64,000 nucleotides of DNA from Raillietiella orientalis. Taxonomy: Eukaryota. Shown here one piece after another: positions 1 to 12,599 of this stretch. The notes under the pieces were generated by a model, which saw nothing but the letters and a program-made list of their open reading frames with translations, did not search any database and was not told the origin of the DNA. Positions within the stretch are counted from its first letter, which is position 1; each line of letters opens with the position of its first letter. The stretch lies in NCBI GenBank assembly GCA_036172245.1, contig JAYWIR010000139.1, forward strand, positions 1-64,000, given 5' to 3'. The translations under genes were made by a program, and so were the position numbers.

Positions 1-1375
1 TGAGGGTTCTGGCTGCAACGAGGCTGCCAGCTAATCCGCGGCTCGATCGAAGGCTACGTCATCGATGGTGGTGTCGATGAAGGACGCCGCCGCCGGCTCG
101 CTCCCCTTGCTGTTGACTGTGTCAACAGAGGGGTGGTCGTCGTTAGCGGCGAGTACTTTCCGGCAGCGGTCGGGAATACGCTCGACGACAACGCTGCGTT
201 CTTTAATTTGCTCGCTTGCCTGCTGTTTTTTCTGGCGGTACGCGAGCTTTTTCTCCATCCTCCTCTCCTTCTTTGATTTTTTGGCCGTAGCCACCCGCCA
301 CTCAGGCTCCTCGATTGTTTTCTCCACTTGTTCGGCGTTGTTCTCCGGGCTCTCGGGTGCGGCCTGGGCCTTGGGCGCGGGTGGCACAGCCTTCGCGGCA
401 GCTTTCGCCGCCAGTCTTTTCTGCAGAAGCCGGGCGCGTTTTTTAAGGTTTCTCTTGGAAACCACCCGCACTGCTGCTTTTGGGCACACCTCTCTCGTGT
501 GGCCCATTGTGCCGCATACTTGGCACTGCACATTGGGACACCTCTTTTTAAGGTGGCCCGACGTATTGCAGAAGCCACAGTATTTCGGCTTCCCCACATA
601 CCAGAGGTCGACGGTTTCGCCTTCGACCACCAGATTGTGGGGAAGAGTGCAGCCCTCCCGAACAATCACGCGCGCAGAAGTGAGGCTGTGTTGCGGCCTT
701 GTGTAGTCCTCGAAATGACAAACATTCGTCCACTGCGCGTGGACCGTTCCAAACTGTTCCAAAGCGGCGCGAACCTGTTCTTTGCGCATTCGCGCGGTCA
801 CGCCTAACAGGTGGACCACCAAGCTGCGGTCCGCCGTAGTGGAGAGAAGCCTGCGCATCCCCATCACAACGGGGGTTTTAAGCAGTCGTTGGGCCAGCTC
901 TGCATGTTTGCAGATGACCTCAACGTACTGACCCCCGCTGCGGATGGTCATAGCGCTGAGCTCCTCCTCTTTCACATCGAGAGCGCTCATGCCCTTCGAG
1001 AAGGCGCGCGCGCTCTCTAAAGAATATAAATTGCCTACCTTGTAGAACAATGAGGGGTTGTACCCCTTCTCTACATAGGCCGACAATTCCGCCGCGGCTG
1101 CAGGCGATGGCGCTGACACAACGGCGCTACACGCCCGCGCTGCAGCGGGGACCGATTCTGTGGGGGCGGATGCCTTCACCTCCATCGCCTCTGGGGGCGA
1201 CGTTGCCGCCGCCCCCTGGCTCTCCATCGCCTCTGAGCTCGGCGTTGCCGCTGCCCCCTGGCCATCCCTGGTGGTCGCGTCAGGCATCGCAGCCTGATCG
1301 AAAACCGAACCACACGACGCTTGCACTGGGGGAGAATTCCTGGCACCAGGAGCACCGAGGAAACAGGTCCACCCT
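1..1375 (-). mobile_element. Non-LTR retrotransposon family A, copy A0 (5' end and ORF1; runs off the window start), inserted antisense in the RT of C0
   Basis: The minus strand begins AGGGTGGACCTGTTTCC, similar to the 5' termini of the C and E copies. It abuts plus-strand RT codons HKAFDC at about 1382. Confidence 0.85.
31..1287 (-). pseudogene. A0 ORF1, gag-like nucleic-acid-binding protein (RRM-like region plus two CCHC zinc knuckles), premature TAG at 31-33
   Basis: Likely ATG at 1287 (MPDATT). Knuckles CGFCNTSGHLKKRC and CQVCGTMGHTREVC. After the TAG the frame reads LAASLQPEPS, matching EKLAASLQRDPS in A1 (about 28560-28600), so the stop is a nonsense mutation. Confidence 0.85.
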
Positions 1376-3585
1376 AGAGCGCACAAGGCGTTCGACTGCG
1401 TAAACCAGAAGCTGCTTTTGGAGCTTATGGAACGCCTTGGGTTCCCGGCGCAACTCCTGCTGTATTTGCGCGCGTGCTGGCGCCACGCGCTAACCTGCAT
1501 TACTTTCAGCGGCTGCCGCGTGTATGGTATTCCCGTTCGTAGGGGCATCCGACAGGGCGACAGCTTAAGCCCGTTGCTCTTCAGCATCTTCTTTGAGTTG
1601 GTGCTAAGAGCATACAGGCTGACGCTGTCTCACTTGCCAAGCTCCTGCCCGGGAACGCCTGCCGTGGCCGCCTACGCTGATGACCTGCTTCTTCTGCTCC
1701 CCATGTCCACCCCGGCGTCCAGTGTCGAGGATTTCTTCGACCTGATTCGTCGGGGAGCGGGCATGAGCGTGAACAGAGAGAAGAGCGTGGTCGTTCCTGT
1801 GGGTACGTCGTTGAAGGGGCAGTCCGACTGGATCCGCCTGGGGATCCCCAAGGGCGGGTACGTTAAGTACCTTGGCGTTCCGTTGGGCGCTTTCGGCGCA
1901 GCCGAAGCGTGGGCGGACTGTCTTCAGAAAGCAGAGTTGGCCATCAGCCCGTTCTTTAACGGCAAGTTTACCTTGCAGGAACGGGCGACTATTGGGAACA
2001 CCTTTGTGGCCCCCCTCCTCCGTCCCCTGTTTTTTGTTTTAAACCCCCCCTATGCGGCAAAACAACGGGCTAAACGCCTGCTCAGGAACGCTCTCTGGGG
2101 TCCGGCGAGATCCAGGTTCGGCCTTAAAGATTTGTTTGCTCCGCGTCGAGATGCTGGTTTGGGTATCTTGACAATGGAGCGAATCGAACTGCAGGTGCAG
2201 TTCGGACTGCTGGCACTGTGTGCCCAGCTATGGACATCCCCCTTGTGTGTGCCAGCCCGCATTCTCCTTCGCAGATGCGCCGGCAGCGGAGGATTTCTCT
2301 CGCTTTTGCAGGGCACTCAATACAGGAAGCGGGGTTTCGGGTTTCCATTGCGGCAGTTGACCGCACTTCTGGAAGCTCACTCGTGGATCTCCTGCCGCCC
2401 AATGAACTTTGAAGCTTGGTGGCAAGAGTCTGTTGAATCCTGGGCGGCGTTCCAAGGAATACGCTCTGAAGATCTTCGCCCCCTGCGCTAATTTTTTCTA
2501 CGATCCTTCGAAGAAGTACTGCAGGACGAGGTGAAGTTTCATACCTTGGCTGCCACGCCTCTTGCCCCAGCGCTGTCTGTCCTCAGAGCAGGAAACGACA
2601 ATTGCAAACTGGCGAGGCGGGAGGTTTCCTGCACGATAGCGGGAAAAACCAAACTCCTTGGTACCTGGAAGACGAGTGAGTTGGCGGACGCCGCCACTCC
2701 TCGTGTTACTGCAAAGCGTCTACTCCGGTGGGCAGAAGAACTTGCTGTCACCCCCGAAGAACTTGTAGTCCCTCAACAGTGTATTGACAGTTCGCTGCTC
2801 TTCCTTGCTTGGAAACAAGCCGTGCTGCTTTTTTTTTCACTGGGGTTTTCAGTGCAAAGAGCGTTGGCATCGTGACTCCAGGGGACTTGCGTCTGCGAAC
2901 TGCGTTCGCTGGGGATCGACGGTGTCGATTCCGCACCTACTTCTGGACTGCGGTGTCCTACAAGGACTGTGGCGTAGGCTGGCAACAGCACTAATGCACC
3001 CCGTGGACACCGCAAGAGACTTGCTGCGACGATTCTTCACGCCGAGCGGGCTGTCACTAATCGCAAGGATTGCAACCATCGGTTGCATACGCGCGATAGT
3101 TTCCGTCCGCCAGGCGTTGGTAATCAACGGACAGCACCAAGAGGTAATCAGCAAAGCATCCTTCTACATGGGAGCATCCGCTAGATGGCCTCATTTGACA
3201 GAGGAGACAAAAAGGAATCTCGCCGCAATACGCCGCCGGTTTACACACCCTTAAGGGCGGCCAACCCGGTGATCATTGCCCTACCCTCCATAAACTAATT
3301 TTGTATTTTCTTTTTACATCCGCGTCCCCATAGGCTTCGGAACATTTTAGGTGCTCATCGTGTAAATCCCCGTCAGTACGGAGCCTAACCAAAAACCCGT
3401 TACCCTTCCCTCCAGTTTTTGATCTTTGTTTGTTTCCCCTCATTCCTCCGACGCTGCGAGCGGTCTGTTTACCAGGCCTGCGAGCCGGTAATTTTTCTAT
3501 GTTCTCTGTCGTTCTCTTGGTTGGGGACATTGTCGCTGACCAGTTTATTATTATTATTAAACGCCCCGGCGTGACCGGGTGATAA
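1376..3585 (+). mobile_element. Family C copy C0: 3' half of ORF2 (RT, C-terminal zinc finger; frameshifted, stop at 3254) and 3' UTR
   Basis: Motifs RQGDSLSPLLF, YADD, KYLG and CVRWG..HLLLDC. Ends ATTAAACGCCCCGGCGTGACCGGGTGATAA. Near-identical in reverse to the 3' part of C1 (about 37075-39275). Confidence 0.9.
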
Positions 3586-3928
3586 ATTTCAATCTCCGTC
3601 TGCTAACAGGTGAGCCAGAAACACAAGAGAACGCGATGAACGAGTTGTGCGCCGCCATGCGTGCGCGCAACTTGTTCGCGAGTGAGAGAAGAATGGTCCG
3701 CAGCATCGACCACGTCTTTCTCGACGCTGACCTGTGTTCACGGGTCGGCAAACGGGGGAGGGTTGCGTCGACGTTGTCGGACCATTCCCGGTTAATTTTC
3801 GAGATGCGGCCTCGCGACAAAGGACCGCCATCCAGGGATTGGCGTCTGCCGGGGGACTGGACGCGACTCTCAGGTGCGAAGGAACACCTTCGCGAATACC
3901 TGAGAGGCGTCACGCTCCGGAATCTCCA
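3586..3928 (+). pseudogene. Family E copy E0: C-terminal fragment of the APE endonuclease, lying between the C0 and A1 insertions
   Basis: Translates FNLRLL...IDHVFLD...LSDH; near-identical to E1 at about 36740-37074. Confidence 0.85.
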
Positions 3929-4141
3929 TTGAAACCCGGGTGCGCCATGACGTTTATTCTCACGAAGAAACCTATACAATCTGTGACTGGACCAGTAGTC
4001 CAGCCACGCCCTGGAAAGATATAGCTTGCCGGGCTACCGGTGCGCAGACCGGCGCGGTCGAGTTCGGCTGCAGAAGGGAGGGGGAACGAAACAAATAGAA
4101 AACAAAAAATAAACAAAAATCAGGGAGGGAGCAGGAAGGGA

Positions 4142-7100
4142 TCACAGTCTGCTGGGAGGGTCCGTCATCCTCTGGAGGATGCCGGCAATCTGTTTCTGTC
4201 TGTGTGGGTCCAGATGAGGCCATCGCGTCGCCATCATGAGGAAACGGGCGGCATACACGTTGGCATTCCTTTCGCTGGATCCTCCCGTCGCTTTGCTACA
4301 TGCCACGACGATCCCGCGTAGGCAGCACAGGGCTGCAAGCGAGGCCGCTGGAGGCATTGCGTCACGGACGAAGAGGGGGCGCAAAGCGTCTCTGTGGTTG
4401 CCTCCGGGGATCCCCAGGGCTACGGCAAAGCGTTCCCACAAAGGACGGAGGGCAACACAATCCACTAACAGGTGGGGGAGGTTTTCCCTCTCCCCGCACC
4501 TGACACAATTAGGGTTGACACCCCCCCGCGTCCAGAGGTGTCGGCGGGCGTTGCAAGGAAGCCCCCAATACAACACCAGCAGTGCCGAATGTTGCCACTT
4601 CATGGGGAGGGTGCGCGAGTCCATGAGCACCGGGGGCCACTCGAGATGTTTCTCTGGAACATCCAGTAGCTCTTCCCAGCGCAAGAGTCCATTTGCGGGG
4701 GTCCTCGGGGTCGCAGCGTTGGTGAGCTGACCCGTTCTCCAATCCTTGATCTTCTTTGCCCTGTTGGCGATCTTGGCAGTAACCTCCCATTGTGCCGCGA
4801 CGTCGCTGCGCAGATGTTCCCGTAGGGTAGGCAGTATCGCAACAAGGGAGGTTCTTTGTGCCCACGCTCTCCTTCGAGGATTCTCGATGCTTTCTCGGAG
4901 CGTGCGGCGGGCATGCGGCCCGAACAGAGCTATTCGCTCGTGTTGCGGGCTCTGCTCCTGAATCATCGCCCACGTGCGGACGGTTTCCTCTAACCAGTTA
5001 GGACCGTTCGCATGGCGTACGAGGATCCGCGCCGAGTTGTTCTTCACGAGCTTGGCCGCCCTCCGAAGTTAAAGTCCGCAGTGGCAGATGGGGCTTCAGA
5101 GTTCAAAGTAGGACGAGAGTCCCGCATTGCCGGTGGCCCGCTCGACCAGGAGACCTGCACGGAGGCACCAAGGAGTGCACCAATTTTTTGCCATAAAGGC
5201 AAAAACTCGGAACTGGAGCTGTAGCTCCAGCCGCTCCAACGTCAGGAGGCCCAGACCACCATCCCGACGAGAAGCGCACAAGTCCGAAAGACCGACTCGG
5301 GGCCTCCCTCTGCCCCAAAGGCCGATCCTCAGAAGGTCCTTCGTCCTCTTCTTAGACTCCGCTGACGGGGGGAAAACAAAAAGCAAGGGGCGAAGGAGGG
5401 GGGCCGCAAACGCGTTCCACGCCGCGGCCCGTTCCTGCAGGTAGAACCTGCCGTCCTGGAACGGGCCGATCGCCGCCTGAGCCTTCTGAAGGCAGCCGGA
5501 CCACGCTTCCGCAGGGGAGTAGTCCCCCAACGGCACACCAAGGTACTTGAAGTACCTCACCGTGGGGATTCCCAAACGGACTTAGTCCTGCTGCCCTGCC
5601 CACGCCGCTCCGACTGTCATTACGGACGACTTCGCCCTGTTCATCGTCAGTCCTGTTCCCCGACTCAGCAGGTCGAAGAACTCCTCGACCGCCGCTGCCG
5701 GGGTGGACATAGGCAGCAGCAGCAGAAGGTCGTCCGCGTACGCCGAAACCGCAGGAGTACCGGGACATTCGCACAGCAGGTGCGCCAGAGTCTCCCTGTA
5801 TGCTCTCAGCACCAATTCGAAATAGGCGCTGAAGAGCAAGGGGCTGAGGCTGTCTCCTTGCCGTATGCCGCGTCGCACCGGTATACCTACACGGTGGATC
5901 CACTAAAAAAAACATTAATAAGCGCGTCGCGCCAGCTGGAGCGCAGGTAGGCCAGCAAAGAGGCCGGGAAGCCCAAGCGTTCCAGAAGCTCCAAAAGGAG
6001 ATTCTGGTCGACGCAATCGAATGCTTTATGCAAATCGACTGCGACCGCGAGGGCTCCTCTCCAATCCCGACCGTCCCGTCCCCCACCGACGGACGCACCG
6101 GAATTCCGGTTGCTTATTATGCTCCTTCCTTGTTGGAGCTCTAACCATGTGGAAGCGTGGAACAGGTTCGCCTCCATACTTCGCCCGGGAACAGCATACG
6201 TCTGTTCCGAGCTGATGAAGATGTTGGCGACCCGTCCCAGGCGCTCTGCCCACAGCTTGGCTAGCAACTTGGCGTCCGCATTCACTATTGTGATGGGACG
6301 CCAGATGTTCATGCTCCTAAGGTCTCCTCCCTTAGGGAGGATCCGCACCTTTGCTGAACGAAACGAGGTGGGAACGTCACCTGTTTCGCGGATCAGCAAG
6401 GTGAGCTGATGTACCAGAGGAGTAAGCTCGGCCGCGAAGGTTTGATAGAACTCCGCAGGAATGTCGTCCTCCCCTGGAGCCTTTCGCCTCTTGAGCTTTC
6501 CGATGGCTGAGATGATCTCGCCCATCGTAAAAGGCTCGTCGAGATTCCTTTTCTCCTCCTCCCCGATTCCGGGAGCACCTTCCGGAAGCAGGAGTCGTGA
6601 GACAGCCTGCTCCGGAAGCGCCCTGGCGTACAGGGAGGAGTAAATTTTCCTCACTATCCCGCGTTTCTGAGCGGGAACCGAGTGCTCCCGGCCTTGGTCG
6701 TCCAGCAAGCTGGCCGACCCGGATTGCCAGGCTTGCCTCTCGGCTCCCGCTCGATACTCTGCTAACCTGCGCATGTCGGGGGTTCTCGCGTAACGTCGGG
6801 CCTGAAGATAGCGCTTTTCGTTACGCGGCCCCTCCCCAAATCCCGCAGGTAGGCGATGCAGGGGGAACTGGTCGCAGAACTCCTGGACCGACCGCTTGAA
6901 GCGGTCCCAGTCCTGAAGTGTCTGCATCCTGAAGCTCCGAATAAACGCGCGGAGGTCCTCCGCCGCGTCGGAAAACTTCAGCCAGTCCCCTGGCAGACGC
7001 CACGCTGACAAGGGGGAGCCCTTGTCGCGCGGACGCACTTCGAACATGATCCGACCATGGTCCGACAGCTCGGATGGTACCTTGCCGCGCCTACCCACCC

Positions 7101-7575
7101 GAGAGCATAGGTGCTGATCAAGGTACGCGTGATCGATGTTGCTTTCCATGGCCGTGTCCCCGGCCAACAAGTTGCGCATGTTCATTTCTGCGCACAACTC
7201 GTTGACGCGGTCGTTCAGTGTATCCGGCGCACCTGAAAGCAGGCGCAGGTTGAAATCACCTACGATCAGGTGCGCTTTGCGAACTCCTGCATCGGTCAGC
7301 CAATCGTGTCTCAGGGCAAGGTAGAATTCCCTTCTTGCCTTCGCCCCCAACGCGTTGTTTCCGCTAGGAGCGTATAGGTTGGTGACGACCAGGTCGATAG
7401 AGTCGGTCCAGCTGAGAGTCAGCTGACCGACGCGACCTGCGTCATCGAACCGAACGTCCTTTATTGCAATCTCGATGGCTGGCCGAAACAGGAAGGCGAC
7501 ACCGCTTGATTTCGCGGTGCCGCAACGTCACAACAGCTGCCCACCCGAGATCCGTTCGATCTCCTGCGCTCGTAC
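4142..7575 (-). pseudogene. A1 ORF2 (APE-RT-zinc finger), broken by stops and frameshifts; its N-terminus lies at 28012-28175
   Basis: Motifs VGDFN, IDHAY, SDH, KAPGED, WRPITIVNADAK, QGDSLSP, YADD and CVRCGERENLPHLLVDC. Confidence 0.88.
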
Positions 7576-7687
7576 AGTGCAGACGTGTTTCCGCGTCTTT
7601 CCGCGCCAACGATCGGGCAACTTTGTGCCTGCGTTTTTGCTCGCACTTGTGTGTTCCTGTGCAATCTGCCAAGTAGCATAGTGCAAC

Positions 7688-8933
7688 ATGGCCAGTACAC
7701 AGGATAGTGTGGAAGAGCAAGCCACTGGATGCACTTCAGCTGCACTTGAAGTGGCCGCATCCTCCATAATGGTTTCCTCGCCCCCGGTGAGGAGTTACGC
7801 CGTCGTTACCTCCCAAAGACCAGGATCCTGCGATGCGGAGTTCCAGGCATATGTGTCATCAGGATACATGCCTGCACTCCGTTATAAGGTCAGTGGGCCA
7901 CTTAACGGGAGAATCGGTCCTGAGCTCAATGATGAGCTCGTCCGGATAGGCGTTCGCGAGGAGGAACTCCTTGCCATAATGCCTGCTGGCAGGATGGAAT
8001 ATACGAAGATTCGGTGCAAGAACGCAGCACTTGTGCAGCGCCTTCTCCGTACGCCGTTGACCATCAATGGCAAGGAAGTCCTACCTACGACGATTGACGA
8101 CTCTTTTGTCGTTCAATTGTGCGACATCGAACCGGAAATCTCCGACCGCGATGTCGTAAGTGTGCTGGCGAAGTTCGCCACCGTGCACGCTCTGTGGAGG
8201 AGGCCAAATCCTCTTAAGGATTTTCCCTCTGTCCACATTGGACAAGCCTCCGCGCGGATCACCGTCGCGAACAGGCGTGTTGTGCCTGAGCAGCTGCAGG
8301 TGAACGGCACGGTCGTTCACCTGTGGTTCATAGGCCAGACTCGCGCGTGCGAGCAGTGCGGCAAGGAGGGGCACCGAATTAAAGAGTGCCCCTCTCCAAG
8401 ATTCCGCTATTGCAAAGATTCCGGCCACGAAATCAAAAAGTGCCCGGTACTTGCAAGAAAAAGAGCCGCAGCGGAAATTCGTCGGGTTCAAGAGACCACT
8501 GCACGAAAAGCCGCAGCGGCAAATAAAAAACGTCGTCCGCAAAAACTCGAAAACAACCACGAGCGATCCGCGGATAAAAAGAAAGCATCCCCGCCCGCAA
8601 CGCCCCGAAAGGGGAAAGTCACGGCGGGTAAGCCAACTAAAAAGGGGCGCGAGGGTTTGACGCGTGCCGTGCCTTCCCTCTCTGCCGAACTCGCAGGCAC
8701 ATTTCCGAGCCTGGAACCAGGAAATCTCCGTAACACCCTGGAAGGAAAGGTAGGAAAACAGGAAGATCGCAACAGTGCGAAGACTTCTTGCCCCGTTCCA
8801 TTGTCCCTTCGGAGTTCCGGACAGCCCCACTGCAGCGAAGGCCCCACTGCAAAGGCTACGAAAGCCGTAAAAAGCAGCGTCGCGACGAGCAAAAGCACGC
8901 TGCATGCAGTCGCTTCATCGCCGAGTCGGAAGG
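7688..8933 (+). pseudogene. C2 ORF1, gag-like protein, interrupted by B1; continues at 25829-25950
   Basis: ATG at 7688. Knuckles CEQCGKEGHRIKEC and a degenerate FRYCKDSGHEIKKC. Homologous to C1 and C3 ORF1. The listed ORF beyond 8933 is read-through into the B1 3' UTR. Confidence 0.85.
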
Positions 8934-9067
8934 TTTCCCCAAGTCCCACAAGGTGTGGGGTAAGTTTATTTTTCTACAAAAATACAAAATTTACATTCGC
9001 ACTCTCATTCACTCAATACAAACATTTTGCACTTGGGGGTCCTTGGGTTGCACTAGTGTTCTGCTTT

Positions 9068-12000
9068 TCAGGGGGAAATTCCAGCTGGATGGTCCCGGGC
9101 GTCGTCCCGGATCCTCTTCAGGATGAATCGGTACGTCCAGGAGTGGATCTTCCCGCAGTTCCTGATGCCGATTTCCCTCTTCAAGTGCCCTTGTAGGATC
9201 TCCATCGGTGGTGCGACTCTCCTGGCTTTCCTCATTTTCCACCACCGCACAAGTATGGCGGTGATGAAGAGGGCTATGGTCGTCCTCACCATGGGATTGT
9301 AACAGGGAACATTACCATCCCCATGAAACATCCCGGCGAGGATCTCCATAACGGACTTGTTGGTAAGTCCTATGATCCTTTTCAGGATCAGTCAGTCATG
9401 CAGCAGTGTGAGACACGTCAAGACGTGAAGTCTCGTGTCGTCGTCTCCACATGCTGCGCAGTCTCGGTCTTGCCGTCTTCCTGTGAAGTGCTGCAATCGG
9501 GACCCACTCTGGATTCCTCCGTGATAAAACATCAGGAGGTCATCCTGGGTGCCCGACGGAAGGTCACTCCTCCAGAGCGTCGTGCCGATCGCTAACAGGT
9601 TGAACCGTTCACTCCCGTAGCGTTCGGTGGCTTCCTGGAGGGCACTGGTGTCACGGTCGTTTTCTTGGATAAACCTTCGGAGGTTTGTTCTGGTTACCCT
9701 CGACCAAGCGAAGTCGTTGTGGTTGAACCACACTTCGCGGGTCCTGTGGGTAAACCTTCCTAACATCATCTCTGTATACCGAAGTATACGTGTTTGATGT
9801 AGGTAGCCTCCTCGCCTCCACTCCTGGATTTGCAGTAGGGTAACTCTGGACCGCTGGTACATCCAGCTTCTCGTGTCCGGCGGGACAGGAAGCAACCAAG
9901 GGATCACCAGGATGGACTCGTCCTGCCAGAGTTCCCTGCTTCGCGGCACGATCTTGATTTGGTGCTTCCGCACCAGCCGTTGCTTCCTCCTCCAGGTCGG
10001 GTCGATTGTTATCCATTCCCCTACTTTGCCTAGCAGCGCAGTCATCACGCCTTTCGAGTTGTTAAGCAACAACGCGTAGGCCCTGTGCGCCGCATACGGC
10101 CAGTCATCCCAGTAAGTGACAATGTCCAGGATGTGTCGCGTATCCATGATTTCCATGGAATGTGCAAGCGACTTCATCCCGGAACCGCCTTCTTACCTGG
10201 GACGACAAAGGGGTTTCAGTCTTACTCTTGGGCGATAGTGGCCCCAGAGTGTTTTTCTTTGCAGCTTGTCGAACTCCCTAGTAGTGTCCTTGTTCATCCT
10301 AGCGAAGGCCGCCCCGAAGAGCACTTTCGGAAGGAGTACTCCGTTCCATATGTTGGCTTTTCGCTTTATCCCAAGGTCCGTTCGGGTGTACTTGGCTGCT
10401 TCCTTGGCCGTTTTCCCCAGGATTTCTTTCCACAGCAGCTTCGACGCAGAGCCGTCGCCGATGTAGACTCCCAGGTACTTGGCCGTGTCCACCGTACGGA
10501 ATCCACTATCCGTTAGAGTGGATAGATCCAGTATTCCGACGGGCAAAAGCTGGCTCTTCTGGGAATTGATTTTTAAGCCCAAGCCCTGTTCCATCTGGTC
10601 CACCACATCCAGAAACGCACGCTGATTTTTCTCTCCCTTGATGAAGAAGAGTAGATCATCGGCGTATGCCAGATGAGTAAGACGCTGGCTATCGATGGTA
10701 ATCCCGCTTAGTCGTCCGCTCTTCTCGATAAAGGACGACAACGCCTCCATATAGATGACGAACAGCATCGGACTTAGCGAGTCGCCCTGTCGGACTCCTC
10801 GTTCCATCCTGATTGCTGCCGTCTCCTGGCCGTTGATCTTGATCCGGCAGTACTGGTTCTGGAGCACCGCCCTCACGAAGTTGCTGAAGTGTTTCGGAAG
10901 CCCTAGCTTCTCCAGAACCTTCAGCAGCTTCCCGTGGTCGATGGAGTCGAAGGCCTTCTCCATGTCAGTGAACACCAGCACCAGGTTCTCGCCGACGTAT
11001 CGACTGAGTCCAACAGTGGCCTGGGCACATTTGACATTGTCCGACATGTGTCGTCCTGGGACTGCACATGTCTGGACCGGAGAGATCAGCCTCGACATGA
11101 CCTTGCCTAAGCGGTTGGACCAGATCTTCGCCAACCACTTGACATCGGAGTTTAGAATCGAGATTGGCCTCCATTGGGCGATCTGGGTAGAGTCGCCTCC
11201 TTTCGGCAGCAATCTCATCCGACTCTCGTAGAAGGACCGAGGTAGTCTGCCTTGTTCCCGGATGCAGAGGGTCAACTGGTGGAACAAGCGCAGGTAGGCG
11301 TGCAGGTACCGCTGATAGTGCGTGATGGGTACACTGTCAGGGCCCGCTGCCACGTCCTTGCGAAGTTGCCCAAACGCAGTCTTCACCTCTTCTTCGGAGA
11401 ACTCCTCCTCCAGTCTGTTCCGCTGGAGGTCGTCGGTCCTCTTCTCGAGATAGCTCGAGAAGGCCTGTTGACTAGAGCGACACAGCTGTTGTCGCCTGAA
11501 GTGTTTCGTGTAATGCCTGTGAAAGGCATCCACGATGTCCTCAGACGACTGTCGCTTTTGGCCGTCGTACTGGATGCAGAAGATATCTGTTGCCAGATTT
11601 CTCTTCTCCAGCACGCTGACTTCCCCTTTTATGTTATTGAGGACGTACCGTCTCTCGTACTGATCGAAGTACTTTGAGAGGGAGCGATCTTGGATGTTCA
11701 GCTCCCGGTACGCCTCTTGCCTCAAGCGCCTATCCCCGAACTGCATGTTCGCAAACAGGTGTATCCTGTGTTTCAGGCTGTCCCAGTCGGCGACTCTTCG
11801 GATTGTTGGTGCCCTCAGAATCGCCTCCAGGACAGCCTGATGTCCGGGATGGGTTTCGAACCGGGCGGGCATGCTGATGAGCGCTGCCCTGGTGCCTTGC
11901 CTCCGCCGAGGATTCTCCGTTCTTAGGGAAAACCGCACCAGGGGGTGATCGGACACCGTAGTCATAGTGTCGCGAAACCCCTGGATGCGGTTCCCAAGTT

Positions 12001-12586
12001 CGGTGCTGTGCAGGACGTGATCGATTGGCTTGTGGCTTGCTGTTCGCCAGTCCAGTCCGAACTCCTCGGATAGCCGTCGATACGCCGTCCTTCCTCTGGC
12101 GTCTTCCGAATGAATGATCTCATCCAAGATGTTGAGATCGCCAGCAACTATCATGACGTCCTTAGGGGCGACCTTTTGCCGGAGTGTTGCATGCAGCGCC
12201 TCCGCACAATGATGTTTTAGCCTGTGCGGCCCGTACACGTTCACCAGGATAAGGTGAACAGTCGCGGACCAGGCCAGTCGCACGCCGATGATTCGTCCGG
12301 GTTGGGGACAGAACACTTCCAGAATAGTGGGGGCTAAGTGGTTCTTTATTAGCACCGCCACACCCTTCGTGTTCCGTTCCCCTTCGTTGACGAACATCTG
12401 CCCGTTGAATCGCCGTTCCATTCGTTGGCTTATCTCCAGACCCATCCTGTGGGACTCCTGCAGGCACACGATGTCTTGTTGTGCGATGGTCCGCACAATC
12501 CTTCTTCTTTTTCCCTGGTCGACCACACCGTTTACGTTCCAGGAGGCGATGTTAATCCTCCTGGCGGTCGATAGGGAAGAGGCCAT
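9068..12586 (-). pseudogene. B1 ORF2 (APE-RT-zinc finger) with two in-frame nonsense codons (10193-10195 TAA, 9392-9394 TGA)
   Basis: Collinear with the intact B2 ORF2, which has GAA and TGG at these codons. Motifs SWNVNG, CLQE, GDLN, SDH, QGDSLSP and YADD. Confidence 0.92.
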
Positions 12587-12599
12587 AAAAGGGGAAGAC

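Noticed and set aside
1288..1587. N-terminal 100 aa of the listed 518-aa ORF (31-1587)
   Set aside because: This is the antisense of the C0 RT plus the A0 5' UTR; the real start is probably ATG 1287.
8934..9196. Hydrophobic C-terminus of the 502-aa ORF (7688-9196) as a membrane anchor
   Set aside because: It is read-through into the antisense 3' UTR of B1 past the insertion point.
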